From positions 448,001-512,000 of the forward strand of contig CAWJMB010000002.1 in NCBI GenBank assembly GCA_963843845.1: a stretch of 64,000 nucleotides of DNA. Direction: 5' to 3'. This stretch comes from an uncultured Gemmatimonadaceae bacterium (GTDB lineage: Bacteria > Gemmatimonadota > Gemmatimonadetes > Gemmatimonadales > Gemmatimonadaceae). The position numbers and the translations under genes are program-made. Positions 31,827 through 43,444 of this stretch are shown in pieces. The notes under the pieces were generated by a model. It saw only the letters and a list, made by a program, of their open reading frames with translations, was not told the DNA's origin and made no database searches. Each line of letters starts with the position of its first letter. Within the stretch, counting starts at the first letter, position 1.

Positions 31827-31850
31827 AAACCGAACGGATGGGAGCACGCA

Positions 31851-32696
31851 GTGATCGGCATCGTCGGCGGAACGGGGTTCTACGCGTTGGACGGGCTCGC
31901 GGTGCGCGAGACGCGCGACGATGCCACGCCGTTCGGTCCGCCGTCGGCGCCGGTGACGGTCGGCGAGTGGAACGGCGTGCCCGTCGCCTTCATGGCCCGC
32001 CACGGCGCCGGCCACGCCCTGCTGCCGGGTGAGATCGACTATCGCGCGAATCTGTGGGCGCTGAAGGCGGCGGGTGTCCGGCGGGTGATCGGCGTGTCGG
32101 CCGTCGGGAGTCTCCGCGCCGAGCTGGCCCCCGGCGATCTCGCCGTCCCGAGCCAGTATCTCGACTGGACGCGCGGACGGCGCGCGGCGACCTACTTCGG
32201 CGACGGCATCATCGCGCACGTCTCGACGGCCGAGCCGACCTGTCCGGCGCTCACCGGCCGGCTCGTGCGCGCCGCGGACGCGGAGGGTACGTCGCTCCAC
32301 ACCGGCAAGACCTACGCGTGCGTCGAGGGCCCACGGCTCGGCACGCGCGCCGAGAGCGCCTTTCTGCGCGGAGCGGGGTGCGACCTCGTGGGGATGACGA
32401 ACGTGCCCGAAGCGTTCCTCGCCCGCGAGGCGCAGCTCTGCTACTGCACGATCACCATCGTCACCGACTACGACTGCTGGCAGGACGACCCGGCGCAGCA
32501 CGTGAGCGTCGACCGCGTGCTCGCCCTCTACCGCGCGAATGTCGGCCGGGTGCAGGCGCTCCTGGCGCGCGCGCTCGCCGACCCCGCGCCGTTCGGCGAC
32601 TGCGGCTGCCGCACGAGTCTGCGGCACGCCCTGCTCACGCCGGACGCGGCGCTCTCGGACGCGCAGCGGCGCTACGTCGACTTCCTGCGCGCGTGA
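31851..32696 (+). CDS. MTAP-family purine nucleoside (methylthioadenosine) phosphorylase
   Basis: IGIVGGTG, TPFGPPS, ARHG.GH, SAVGSLR, EGPRLGTRAES, VGMTNVPEAFLAREA, VTDYDCW. Confidence 0.92.
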   Translation: MIGIVGGTGFYALDGLAVRETRDDATPFGPPSAPVTVGEWNGVPVAFMARHGAGHALLPGEIDYRANLWALKAAGVRRVIGVSAVGSLRAELAPGDLAVPSQYLDWTRGRRAATYFGDGIIAHVSTAEPTCPALTGRLVRAADAEGTSLHTGKTYACVEGPRLGTRAESAFLRGAGCDLVGMTNVPEAFLAREAQLCYCTITIVTDYDCWQDDPAQHVSVDRVLALYRANVGRVQALLARALADPAPFGDCGCRTSLRHALLTPDAALSDAQRRYVDFLRA

Positions 32697-32715
32697 GCAG
32701 GCCCGAGCGCACCAC

Positions 32716-33477
32716 GTGAGCGCGACGGGCGACCCGCTGGACGACGTCGCCGTCGTGATCCCCGTCGCGCCCGGCGACGCGGCCTGGCACGGGCTCCTGC
32801 CGGATCTCGCGCCGCTCCCGGGTGGCGCCGTCGTCGTCTTCGCGGGCGCCGCGCCGCTCGACGCGGAGTCGGCGGCCATCGCCGCGGCCGGGCTCGGCGA
32901 GCGCCGGTGGACGTGGGTCGTCGCGCCGCGCGGCCGTGCCCGGCAGCTCAACGCGGCCATCGGCACGACCACTCGGGCGCAGCTGTGGTGCCTGCACGCC
33001 GACTCGCGCTGCACGCCGTCGACGATCCCGGCGCTCCGCGCGTCGCTCCGCGCCGACGCGCACGCGCTGCACTACGCCGATCTCGCCTTCCTCCCCGACG
33101 GGCCGCGCCGCATGCGGCTCAACGCGCTCGGGGTCCGGCTGCGCTCGCGGTGGCTCGGGATGCCGTTCGGCGATCAGGGTTTCTGCCTGCCGCGTGCGCT
33201 GTGGGGGAGGCTCGGCGGATTCGACGAAGCGGCGCCGTACGGTGAGGACCATCTGTTCCTGTGGCGAGCGCGGCAGGCGGGTGTCGCGCTCCGCCCGACG
33301 GGCGGCGTGGTGCTGACGAGCGCGCGTCGCTACCGCGAGCAGGGGTGGGGGCGAACGACACGCCGTCACGTGGCGCTGACGGTCCGACAGGCCGTCCCGG
33401 AATGGCTCGCACTGCGCCGCCGCCGTCGGTCGGCGGTCGGTTCCGTGCCGACGACCCCGCCGGCCGGCAGCCGATGA
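32716..33477 (+). CDS. TIGR04283-like family 2 glycosyltransferase (ArsS cluster)
   Basis: VVIPV, GRARQLNAA, LHADS, PFGDQG, GGF, ED, TSARRY. Confidence 0.85.
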   Translation: MSATGDPLDDVAVVIPVAPGDAAWHGLLPDLAPLPGGAVVVFAGAAPLDAESAAIAAAGLGERRWTWVVAPRGRARQLNAAIGTTTRAQLWCLHADSRCTPSTIPALRASLRADAHALHYADLAFLPDGPRRMRLNALGVRLRSRWLGMPFGDQGFCLPRALWGRLGGFDEAAPYGEDHLFLWRARQAGVALRPTGGVVLTSARRYREQGWGRTTRRHVALTVRQAVPEWLALRRRRRSAVGSVPTTPPAGSR

Positions 33478-34208
33478 CGACCGGAGCACGGAACGGCGGC
33501 ACGTCGTCGGCGGTCGCGCTCGCCGTGTGGGTGAAGACGCCCGGCCACGCGCCGGCCAAGACGCGGCTCGCGCAGTCGATCGGCCAACCGGCGGCGAACG
33601 TGTTCTACGGGCTGGCCGTCGACGCGGTGCGCGAGAGCGTGGCGTGCGCCGCGGAGCGTGCGCCCGGCCTGCTGGCCCCCTACTGGGCCGTCGCCGAGTC
33701 CGACCCGGCGGCACTGGCACACTGGACGGCGTGTCCACACCGGTTCGCGACCGTCGCCCAGGGCCCCGGCGGCCTCGGCGAGCGTCTGGCGCGGGTCTAC
33801 GACCGGCTCTCGGCGGCGCACCGCGGAGTTCTGTTCATCGGGGCCGACGCCCCGCAGCTCGAGCCGGCGACGCTGCTCGCCGCGGCGCGGTCGCTCGCCG
33901 CACCGGTAGACGGACCGGACTTCGTGCTCGGGCCGGCGGACGACGGCGGCTTCTACCTGTTCGGGGGGCGCACGCCGGTCCCGCACGACGTCTGGACGAG
34001 CGTGCAGTACAGCGCCACGACGACGATGGCAGAGCTGTCGCCGGGACTCGCGCGCTGCGGACGCGTGCAGACGATCGCTCCAGCGTTCGACGTGGACACG
34101 GTGGTGGAGCTGCGCCGGCTGCGCGACCTGCTCGCCGCGCGTCACGACCTGGGCGACGCCCAGCGCGCCCTCGGCCGCTGGCTCGAGACCGCGAGCGACG
34201 GGTGGTGA
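33474..34208 (+). CDS. TIGR04282/DUF2064-like transferase (CofC-like nucleotidyltransferase fold)
   Basis: VKTPG..AKTRLA, QGPGGLGERL, IGADAPQL, LGPADDGGFYL, DVDT. Confidence 0.88.
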   Translation: MTTGARNGGTSSAVALAVWVKTPGHAPAKTRLAQSIGQPAANVFYGLAVDAVRESVACAAERAPGLLAPYWAVAESDPAALAHWTACPHRFATVAQGPGGLGERLARVYDRLSAAHRGVLFIGADAPQLEPATLLAAARSLAAPVDGPDFVLGPADDGGFYLFGGRTPVPHDVWTSVQYSATTTMAELSPGLARCGRVQTIAPAFDVDTVVELRRLRDLLAARHDLGDAQRALGRWLETASDGW

Positions 34209-34287
34209 GCGATGCGCCGATGGCGGAGCGCGGCGCCGAGCGCCGACCCGAGCGCCGACCGAGCGCCGACTCGAGCGTACGGTCGTC

Positions 34288-34698
34288 GTGCCGTTCGTCG
34301 CTGGCGCGGTCGCGGTGCTCACGGTGCACCAGAGCATGCTCTGGATGCTTCACGCGCGTGGGCTGGCGCCGTGGCCGGCGTACTCGCGCGCGCCGACGCC
34401 GCCGTTCGGCGTGCCGGCGGTGCTCACGGCCGCGTTCTGGGGCGGCGTGTGGGGGATCCCGCTCGCGGCGGTGTGTCGCCGCGCGCCGACGCCTGCGGCC
34501 GTGTGGGTGCGGAGCGCGGCGTTCGGGGCGGTCGCGCCCAACGCGGTCGGTGCGGCGCTCGTCGCGTCCGGGCACAGCCCGGCGCCGCGAGCGGGAACAG
34601 CGACGACCGCGCTCGCGGCCGCCATCGTGGTGAACGCATGCTGGGCGCTCGCTGCCGCGGCGCTGATGCGTGCGACCCAGCCATCGAGCGAGAGCTGA
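34288..34698 (+). CDS. Hypothetical membrane protein
   Basis: About four hydrophobic helices; PPFGVP...AFWGGVWG. Confidence 0.65.
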   Translation: MPFVAGAVAVLTVHQSMLWMLHARGLAPWPAYSRAPTPPFGVPAVLTAAFWGGVWGIPLAAVCRRAPTPAAVWVRSAAFGAVAPNAVGAALVASGHSPAPRAGTATTALAAAIVVNACWALAAAALMRATQPSSES

Positions 34699-34938
34699 GG
34701 CAGACGTCGCGGTGAAACGGGACGCGCGGTCTGCAGCGAATCGCGGAGGCGTTCGATGTAGTGGGTGTGATGTGCTCCTCGCGAGTCACTGGCCGCGTGA
34801 CGCGCGAAGGCGTGGGATCGTGCCGCTTGGAGGGCACGTGGAGTGAACGATCGGTCGCTGTGCCACTGCGTGGTTCAGCAGCCTGCGCCGTCGACCGAAC
34901 ACGCGTGACGGACCGAAGTCCCGCCGGCCTGACGCCGG

Positions 34939-36498
34939 TCATCGCACGAGCCGGAAGTAGGTCCCGAGAAGGCGCTTCACGAACGGTGTCAGCTTCTGCC
35001 GGCGCCACGCGTCCGCGGCCTTGCGAAGTGCCTCGCCCTGCGTCGGGTAGGGGTGCATCGTCTCGCCGATCGCGCCGAGCCCGAGCTTCGCCGTCATCGC
35101 GAGCGTGGCCTCGCCGATGATGTCACCCGCGCGCGATCCGACGATCGTGACGCCGACGATGCGGTCCGTCCCCTTCGCGAGCCGTACCCGGCAGAAGCCC
35201 TCGCCCTCGCCGTCGATCACCGCACGGTCGACGTCGTGCAGTGGGACGTCGACGACCTCGGTCGCGACGCCGCGAGCCGCTGCGTCCGCGCCCGTGAGGC
35301 CGACGTGCGCCACTTCCGGGCTCGTGAAGGTCACCCACGGCGTGACGAGCGCGCTCGCCCGCGCGCGGCCGAAGAAGAAGAGCGCGTTCCGCACGACGAG
35401 CCGCGCCTGGAAGTCCGCCGCATGCGTGAACTTGAGCGCCGAGCAGACGTCGCCGACGGCGTAGATGCGGGAGTTGCTCGTGCGGAGCCGGTCGTCGACG
35501 GCGACGCCGCTGCCGTCCGTCGTACCGGACCCCGGCCGCGTCGAGCCCGAGGCCGTCGACGTTCGGCGTGCGGCCCACGGCCACGAGCAGCGTGTCGCCG
35601 TCGAGCGCGAGCGGCTCGCCGTCGCGCCGAACGTGGATCGTCGTGGACGCGCCGCGCGGCTCGACGCGGACCACCTCCGTGCGGAGCAGCAGGCGCACGC
35701 CGTCGCGCACCATCGCCTGCGCGACCACGGCCGACGCCTCGGGCTCGTCGCGCGGGAGCACACGCTCGCCGCGGTCCACGAGCGTCACCTCACTCCCGAG
35801 GCGCGCGAACGCCTGCGCCAGCTCGCACCCGATCGGGCCGCCGCCGACGACCACGAGGCGCGCCGGGCGGCGGGTGAGCGTGAAGATCGTCTCGTTCGTG
35901 TGGTACGCGGACTCGGCGAGTCCGGGGATGGCCGGCACCGCCGCGCGCGCGCCGGCCGCGATCACGGCGCGCCGGAAGGTGAGTCGCGTGCCCGCCGCCT
36001 CGACGGCGTCTGGTGCGACGAAGCGCGCCTCGCCGAGGAACACGTCGACGCCAAGCCCGCGAAAGCGCGCGGCGCCGTCGATCGGCGCGAGGCCGGCGCG
36101 GACGGCGCGCAGCCGGGCCATCGCGACCGCGAAGTCCGCATCGTCGGCGGACACCGACGGGCCCGCCGAAGCGAGGGGCCGCGCGTCCGGGCCGCGTGCC
36201 AGGCGCGCGCCGCGCGGATCAGCGCCTTGCTCGGCACGCATCCCACGTTCAGGCAGTCGCCGCCCATGAGCGACCGCTCGATCAGCGCGACGCGAGCCCC
36301 GAGCCCCGCCGCGGCGGCGGCCGTCACCAGTCCGCCGGTGCCGGCGCCGATCGACCACGAGGTGATAGCGGCCCTGCGCGGCGTGGGGTTGGTCCAGTCC
36401 GCCGGACGCACCGCCGCACGGAGCCGCTCGTCGGCCTCGTCGCCGGCGAGAAGCGTGGGGTGGAGCGTGGTGGCGTCGCGCGGCGCGCCGCTGGTCAC
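34939..36498 (-). CDS. Pyridine nucleotide-disulfide oxidoreductase, mercuric-reductase/DLD-like (frameshifted)
   Basis: [54 protein letters not shown]. Confidence 0.88.
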
Positions 36499-37239
36499 GG
36501 CCGTGCCTCGGCGGCGTCGCGGGGCGCAGCGCCGGAGGCGTGCAGCGCGCGGCGTGCCGTGCGCGTCACGAGCAGCGTGACGGCGATCGTCGCGACGAGG
36601 CCGAGCCCGACGACCGCGTAGTAGCCCGCGCCGTGCGTCGGCGCGCGCGCCGCCGGCCGCCGCGGCGACGTCGCCGGCCACCTTCCCGGCAGTACGACGT
36701 AGAGCACCGTGCCCGGAAGCATCCCGACCGACGCGACGAGGTAGTCGGGGAAGCGGACGCGCGTGAGCCCGAGCAGGTAGTTGAGCAGCGTGAACGGAAA
36801 CGACTGGCGAGAGGCGGAGCAGGAAGACGATCCGTCGGCCGTCGGCGGCGATCGCCCGGTCGATGGCGGCGAAGCGCGGTTCACGCGCCACACGCCGCTC
36901 GACGATGCCGCGCGCCACGTAGCGTGCGATCAGGAACGCCCCCGACGCGCCGAGCGTCGCGCCGAGGAAGACCCACGCCGCGCCGGCCCACACCCCGAAG
37001 ATCGCGCCGCCGGCCAGGGTGAGCAGCGACCCTGGCACACCGCAGACCGTGGCGAGCGCGTAGCCGACCACGAAGGCCAGCGGCCCGAGCGCGCCGAGCT
37101 CGCGCACGCGCGCCGCGAACTGCGGAACGTGGGCGCCCAGCGCGCGGCCGGCGACGACCAGTCCCACGATCACGAGCGCCGCCATGCCGACCCGGAGCGC
37201 GAGCCGCCGGCGAGGCGGGAAGGAGTCCGTGGAGGGCAT
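36495..37239 (-). CDS. TVP38/TMEM64 (VTT/DedA-like) membrane protein (frameshifted)
   Basis: [53 protein letters not shown]. Confidence 0.88.
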
Positions 37240-37413
37240 CGGCGAGTGGAAGGAGCGAGCGGAAGGGCGCATCACCCTACGCCGCCGTGCGACGCGCGGA
37301 TGTGCCGGCGCGCCGATCCGCGGCAGTGTGCCGAGGCATCCAGTACCCTCCGTCGGAACGTAGGTCGGACGATGGCCGCCACGCGCGCACGCATGCACCG
37401 ACCCACCCATGCC

Positions 37414-38270
37414 ATGGCTTCGCTCCGTTCGTTCGCTGCCCGCGTCGTCGCCCGCTCCGCTGGGCGCCTCGCCGGCCTGCTCGTCGCCGCGTTCGTGACG
37501 TCGGCGCCCCTCGCCGCGCAGGCGCCGTTCGATCACGCGCGCGTTCGACGCCCTGCTGCGGGCGCACGTGCGCGACGGCATGGTCGACTACGACGCGTTC
37601 GCCGCGGCGCCGGAGTTCGCGGCGTACCTGGCGACGGCTCGCGGCGTTCGATCCGGCCACGCTCTCCACCGCGGAGCAGGTCGCGTTCTGGATCAACGCC
37701 TACAACGCGTACACCATCCGGCTCATCAACGCGCACCACGAGCGCGAGTCGATCCGCAACATCAACAAGACGTTCGGGATCGTGAAGGCGTACGGGCCGT
37801 GGAAGGAGAAGCTCGCCGTCGTCGGCGGGCGGGCCTACGGCCTCGACGAGATCGAGCAGGACATCCTCCGGAAGCGGTTCCGGGAGCCGCGCATCCACTT
37901 CGCGCTCGTCTGCGCGGCGATGGGATGCCCGCCGCTGCGCAGCGAGGCCTACGTCGGGAGCCGGCTCGACGCGCAGCTCGACGACCAGGCGCGCGCCTTC
38001 CTCCTGCGGTCGCCGGCGAAGAATCGCGTCGACGTGGCGACCGCGCACCGTCTACCTCAGCCCGATCTTCGTCGAGTTCCGCGACTACATCAAGGACTTC
38101 GGCGGTTGCGAGGCGGCGGTGGGGCGCTACATCGCGCGCTACGTTCCCGCCCGGCGCCGAGCGCGATCTGCTGACGAGCGGACGGTTCCGCGTGGTGAAG
38201 ACGGCGTACGACTGGACGCTGAACAGCCAGGCCAACGCTCGCCGGGGCGCACGGCGGTCGCAGCATGCAG
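37414..38270 (+). CDS. DUF547 domain secreted protein (frameshifted; end approximate)
   Basis: [48 protein letters not shown]. Confidence 0.85.
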
Positions 38271-39740
38271 CGCCGCCCGCGTCCCGCGCCTTCGCGACAT
38301 CCTGCGCCGCCCGGTCGGCGCCGAGGCGCGCGCGCTGCTCGCCGGAACTGGGAGTCGCTCGCGCCCGCGATGCGCGTGCCGCAGCAGATGTTCGGTCGCC
38401 AGGGAAACGGCTGCGGCGCCACCATCGGCGCGATGCCGCGCTGCGACTTCGCCTGCCGCGGCTGCTACCTGAACGCCGAGGCGAACCGCATCCCGGCGGA
38501 GTCGGTCGAGGCGATCAAGGCGCAGATGCGGCCGTCTGCGTCCCGTGCTCGGCCACGCGGGCAACCTGCAGCTCACCGACGGCGAGGTGACGCTCCGGCC
38601 CGTCGGAGGAGGTCGTCGAGCTGCTGCGGTACGCGCGCTCGCTCGACCTCATCCCGATGCTCATGACGCACGGCGACTCGTTCCGCCGGCGGCCCGGACT
38701 GCTCGAGCGGCTGATGGTCGAGGGCGGGCTCACCGAGGTGAGCATCCACGTCGACACGACGCAGCGTGGCCGGCAGGGCGAGCGCGTGGCGTCGCGCGTC
38801 GACCGAGGCGGAGCTCAACCCGCTGCGCGACGAGTTCGCGGCGATGATCCGCGACGGCGCGGCGCACCACCGGCCGCCGCTGCGCGCCGCGACGACGATG
38901 ACGGTCACGCGCGAGAATCTCGAGGGCGTGGCCGACGTGGTGCGCTGGGTGGCGCGCCACAGCCGACGCCTTCCGGCTCATCAGCTTCCAGCCGATCGCG
39001 CAGGTGGGGCGCACCGAGGCGGGGTACGGCGGCGGCGTCGACGGTCGAGCGCGCTGTGGGACGAGGTCGCCGACGGGGCTCGGCGTCGCGGGCGGCGCGG
39101 CGCGCATGGCGCAGCTGGGCGTGTGGTTCGGGCACGAGGCGTGCAACCGCATGGTGAACGGCGTGGTCGTGCGCGCGCCCGGTGACCGCGCGACCTACCA
39201 CGCGCTGCGCGACGCCGCCGATCCCACTGGACGTGCGGGTCGTCGACGGCTTCCTCGCGCGCTTCGGCGGCGATCTCGTTCCGCCTCGACGGCCGGCGCG
39301 AGCGGCTCGCGCGTCTCGCGGGGTGACGCGCGCGGCGCCGGCGTTCGTCGTCGGCAACCTCGCTCCCCGTAGGCGCGCCACTGGCTGCGCCGCGTCGGCG
39401 ACGGCGGCGCGCTGCGCGGCGCCTGGCGGCTCGCGACGCGGCGCGTCGTCGACGGCGCCGCTCGTGCTCGTCAGCCACCACTTCATGAGCCGCGAGGAGC
39501 TGCGAGACGCCGCTCGGCCAGGAGCGGCTCGCGCACTGCGTCTTTCACGTGCCGGTGAACGGCGAGCTGGTCTCGATGTGCGAGGTCAACGCGCTCGGCG
39601 TGCGGGAGCGCTACTACGCGGACCTGGCGCGCCGCGAGCGTCCGGGCCTCACGACCGAGGGCGGCGCGGGTGCCGCCGACGATCGGGAGACCCGGACGAT
39701 GCGGACGGGGCGGGGCGAGGGAGAGACGCTCCGGGCGTGA
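38265..39740 (+). CDS. Uncharacterised radical SAM protein (heavily frameshifted)
   Basis: CDFACRGC (CxxxCxxC); LQLTDGEVTL, MLMTHGD, SIHVDTTQRGR, SFQPIAQVGRT, HHFMS, CVFHVPVNGELVSMCEVN, pieced across frames. Confidence 0.78.
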
Positions 39741-39812
39741 CGTCCGGAGCGACGATGGCGTGGCCCCTGAAGGAGCCACGCCATTCGCCGCCGCTACCGG
39801 TCGGCGCTCACC

Positions 39813-42800
39813 TCACCGCTGCCGCCACCACCAGAAGGCGAAGGGGCTCGCCTCCTGCTTCGGGACGATCCCGCCGTTGATGTCCTCCTGCTCGTCGCTC
39901 ACGGGCATGTCCGCCATCGCCGCGTTGTCTCCCGTCCCCACCCGCTCGACGCGGAACGTCTGCTTGTAGGTCTGTCCGCCGGCCGAGAGCGTCACCGAGT
40001 ACGTCCCCGCGTCGACGAGCGTGCCGGCGCCGCCGAACCCGCCGCCGCCACCGCGCCCGGCCGGTGCGGGCGGACGGACGCCGATCAGCTCCCACACGCG
40101 CTGTACCGGATCGAGCGTCTGTGCCGCACCGCCGCGACGACCGGCGTTCTGCGCCCCTGCGCCGACACCGCCCCCGCCGCCGCCGCCGCCACTCTCACCG
40201 GCTGCGGTGTCGGCCGCCGCACCGCGACCGCGCGCCGCGCCGCCCGGCGCCGCCGGCGGCTCCGCAGGACGGGCGCAGAACGTGTCCCACTGCGTCATCG
40301 GGTGCTCGCAGCCGGGCGTCGCGCGGCCGGCGAACTGCGCGGCGGCCCCGCCGCCCGCCCCGCCGCCGGCCCCGCCGCGTCCACCGCCCGCGCCGCCGCC
40401 GAACCCGCCCGGCGCCGGCGTCGGCGCGATCAGCAGGTTCACCGCACGCTGCACGGTCCCCAACGCCGTCGTGTCGTACCCCGCCTTGCGCAGCGAGTCG
40501 AGCACCTGCGGCGCCCGTGCCCGCAGCAGGATGCTGTCACGCCGCTCGGCCGGGGTCGAGCTCGCGGCGCGGCGCGGGGGCGCCGGTGAACGCCCACTCA
40601 CCGTGTGCACGCCCGCGGCGGCTCGGGCCGGTCGCCTGATACAGCTGCGTGCCCGCGGCGTCGCTCACCGTCACGCGCACCGGGCCGGTGACCGAGTCGC
40701 TGCAGGCGGTACGTGATGGTCGCGCCGTAGGCCGGCGACTGGAACGCGATGAGGTGCTGCCCCCAGCCGTTGCCCGGCAGCCCCTGCGACGGCCCCTCGC
40801 CCCACTGGAACGCCGTGCGCGGCGCGAACAGCGTCGCCGCGTCGGCCATCGCCTTCGGCGTCATCTGCTCGAGCGCCGCGATGTCGACGATCCAGAAGCC
40901 GCGGCCATGCGTCGCCGCGATCAGCTCGCGGTCGCGCGGATGGATCTTGCAGGTCGTACACCGGCACGCTCGGCAGGCCGCCGACGAACTTCGACCACGT
41001 CGTGCCGCGGTCGAGCGACGCGTACACGCCGACGCGACGAGCCGACGAACAGCAGGTCGCGGTTGTGCGGGTCCTCGCGGATCACGTGCAGGTAGTCGCG
41101 CCGGGCTCGTCGTTCGGCAGGTTGTTCGACGATCGAGCTTGAAGCGTCTTGCCGCCGTCCTCGGTCATGTAGAGGTACGGCGTGAAGTCGTTCCAGCGAT
41201 GATTGTCGAACGCGACGTAGAACGTGAGCGTGTCGAAGTGCGCCGGCTCGACGCGCGTCACGTACACGTCCTTGCTCGGCAGGCCGGGGAAGCGGTCGCG
41301 TCAGGTTCTCCCACGTGCCGCCGTCGTTGTGCGTCATCCAGACGTTGCCGTCGTCGGTGCCGGCGAGCAGCAGGCCGGGCTTCACGTACGACTCGGCGAG
41401 CGCCACCACCGTGCCGTACGTCTCGGCGCCCGTCACGTCGAGCGTCACGCCGCCGGTGAACTGTGTCGGCGGTGTCCATCCGCGCCGTGCATCTGCTTCG
41501 ACAGGTCGGGCGAGATGGTGAACATCTCCTCGCCGCGCTTCAGCGACTTGAAGCACCTTGTTGCCGCCGAGGTAGAAGACGCGCGGGTTGTGCGGCGAGA
41601 GGAAGAACGGCGAGTTCCAGTTGAAGCGCGTGATCAGCGTCGGTCGAGTCCCGCTTCTGCTGCGCGCGCAGCGTCGCGATGCGCGCTGTTGACCGCCGCG
41701 CGACGCCGGCTGCGAGCGGGTCGCCGCGCACGACGGCGATCGAGTCCTCCCACTGGCGGTAGCGCTCCTGCCACGTCGGCTTCGTGACGCGGAGCGTCTG
41801 GCCGGTCTTGAGGTTGCGCGCCTGCATGCCGGCGTTCTGCGACTCGCCCCACACCCACTCGGTCCGTCGGGTCCTGCGCCGTGTAGAAGCCGTCGCCGCC
41901 GGCGATCGTGAACCAGTACGAGTTGTTCTGAGCGCCTGCGGCGCTTGCGGCTCGGGCCGCACCACGAGCCGTTGTCCTGCGCGCCGGCGCAGATGTTGTA
42001 CGGCACCTGGCATGTCGTAGCTGACCTCGTAGAACTGGCGCGAGCGGGAGGTTCATCGGGTAGAAGAAGTTGCCGCCCTTGTCGAACGTGATCGCGATGC
42101 CGCCGTCGTTCGCGAGCGCCCAGCGCTCGGGGTCGTTCGGGTCGATCCAGATGCCGTGGTCGTCGACGTGCACGCCCTGCGCGGCGTTGCTGCGTCGTCT
42201 TGCCGCCGTCGTTCGACACCTGGAGCTCGGTGCGACGAGAAGTAGACGCGGTCGGCGTTCTTCGGGTCGACGCGCACCTGCGAGTAGTAGAACGGGCGCA
42301 CGTTGATGTTGTTCATCTGCGTCCACGTCTTCGCCGCGCGTCGGTGCGAGCGATAGAGGCCGTTCGCGCGCGGCGCGCTGCCCGATCCGCATCGGCCCGT
42401 TCGGCGTCGAGCGACCACGCCTTCGGTCAGCGCGTAGACGACGTTCGGGTTGCTCGGCGCGATCGGCGAGGCCGATGCGGCCCTTCACGCCTTCGGGATA
42501 GCCGCTGCCCTTGATCTCCGTCCACGTCGTCGCCGGCGTCGGTGCGACTTCCAGAGCGCCGAGCCGGGGCCGCCGCTGTTGAGCGAGTACGGGCGTGCGA
42601 TAGCGCTCCCAGCTCGCCGCGTAGATCGACGTCCGGGTTGCGCGGGTCGAGCGCGACGTCGACGAAGCCGGCGCGGTCGCTGACGAACTTGATCGAGCGT
42701 CCACGTCTTGCCGCCGTCGGTGGTCTTGTAGAGGCCGCGCTCCGGCGTTCGGCTTCCACGCGGCGCCGAGCGCGGCGACGTAGACGACGTTCGTGTTGCG

Positions 42801-43271
42801 CGGGTCGATCGACGATGCGGCCGATGTGCTGCGTCTTCTCGAGGCCCATGAGCGTCCACGTCATGCCGCCGTCGGTGCGACTTGTAGACGCCGGCGCCGG
42901 GCTCGATGGTGTTGCGCGAGTTCGGCTCGCCCGTGCCGGCCCAGACCGTGTTGCGTGTCGGTCGGCGCGATGGCGAGCATGCCCATCGAGATGACGCGCT
43001 TGTCGTCGAACACCGGGCGCCAGGTGATGCCGTTGTTCGTCGTCTTCCAGATGCCGCCGCCCGCGGCGGCGACGAAGATCGTCTTCGACGGGCCGGGAAT
43101 GCCGACGACGTCGGAGAGGCGGCCCATGAAGTTCGCCGGGCCGACCGTGCGCCAGCGGAAGCCGGCAACGGTCGCGGAATCGAGGGACTGCGCCGGGACA
43201 GTCGTCGCAGCGAGCGCGAGGCCGAGCGCGGTGACGCCGAGCGCGGCGAGGGTGGAGCGGGATCGGAGCAT
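39813..43271 (-). CDS. BNR/VPS10 repeat putative glycosyl hydrolase (heavily frameshifted)
   Basis: FRWRTVGPANFMGR, RPFYYSQVRVDP, HVDDHGIWIDP, GAQDNGSWCGP, ATHGRGFW, Gly-rich C-terminus. Confidence 0.8.
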
Positions 43272-43444
43272 ACGGCGATGCTGGGGGGTCGCAGGAAGGG
43301 GCAGCGGCAGGGCGGGCACGGTCGGTCCGTCGCGTTCGCCTGCGTCCACTAAACGCGCACCCCGCGAAAAGTGATGCGCCCAACGCACCGGGGCGGCCCG
43401 TGCGTTATCGTCGTCAGCACTCACCCGCCCGCCAGGAGTCGTTC

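Noticed and set aside
34700..34935. Cobalamin-riboswitch-like words (AAACGGGA..CGGT, GTCACTG..GAAGGC, GCCACTG)
   Set aside because: Key conserved elements are incomplete, and the region lies between convergent gene ends with no downstream gene on that strand. An Rfam scan would settle it.
34939..36498. merA mercury resistance
   Set aside because: No C-terminal Cys-Cys, no NmerA domain, and no merR/T/P nearby.
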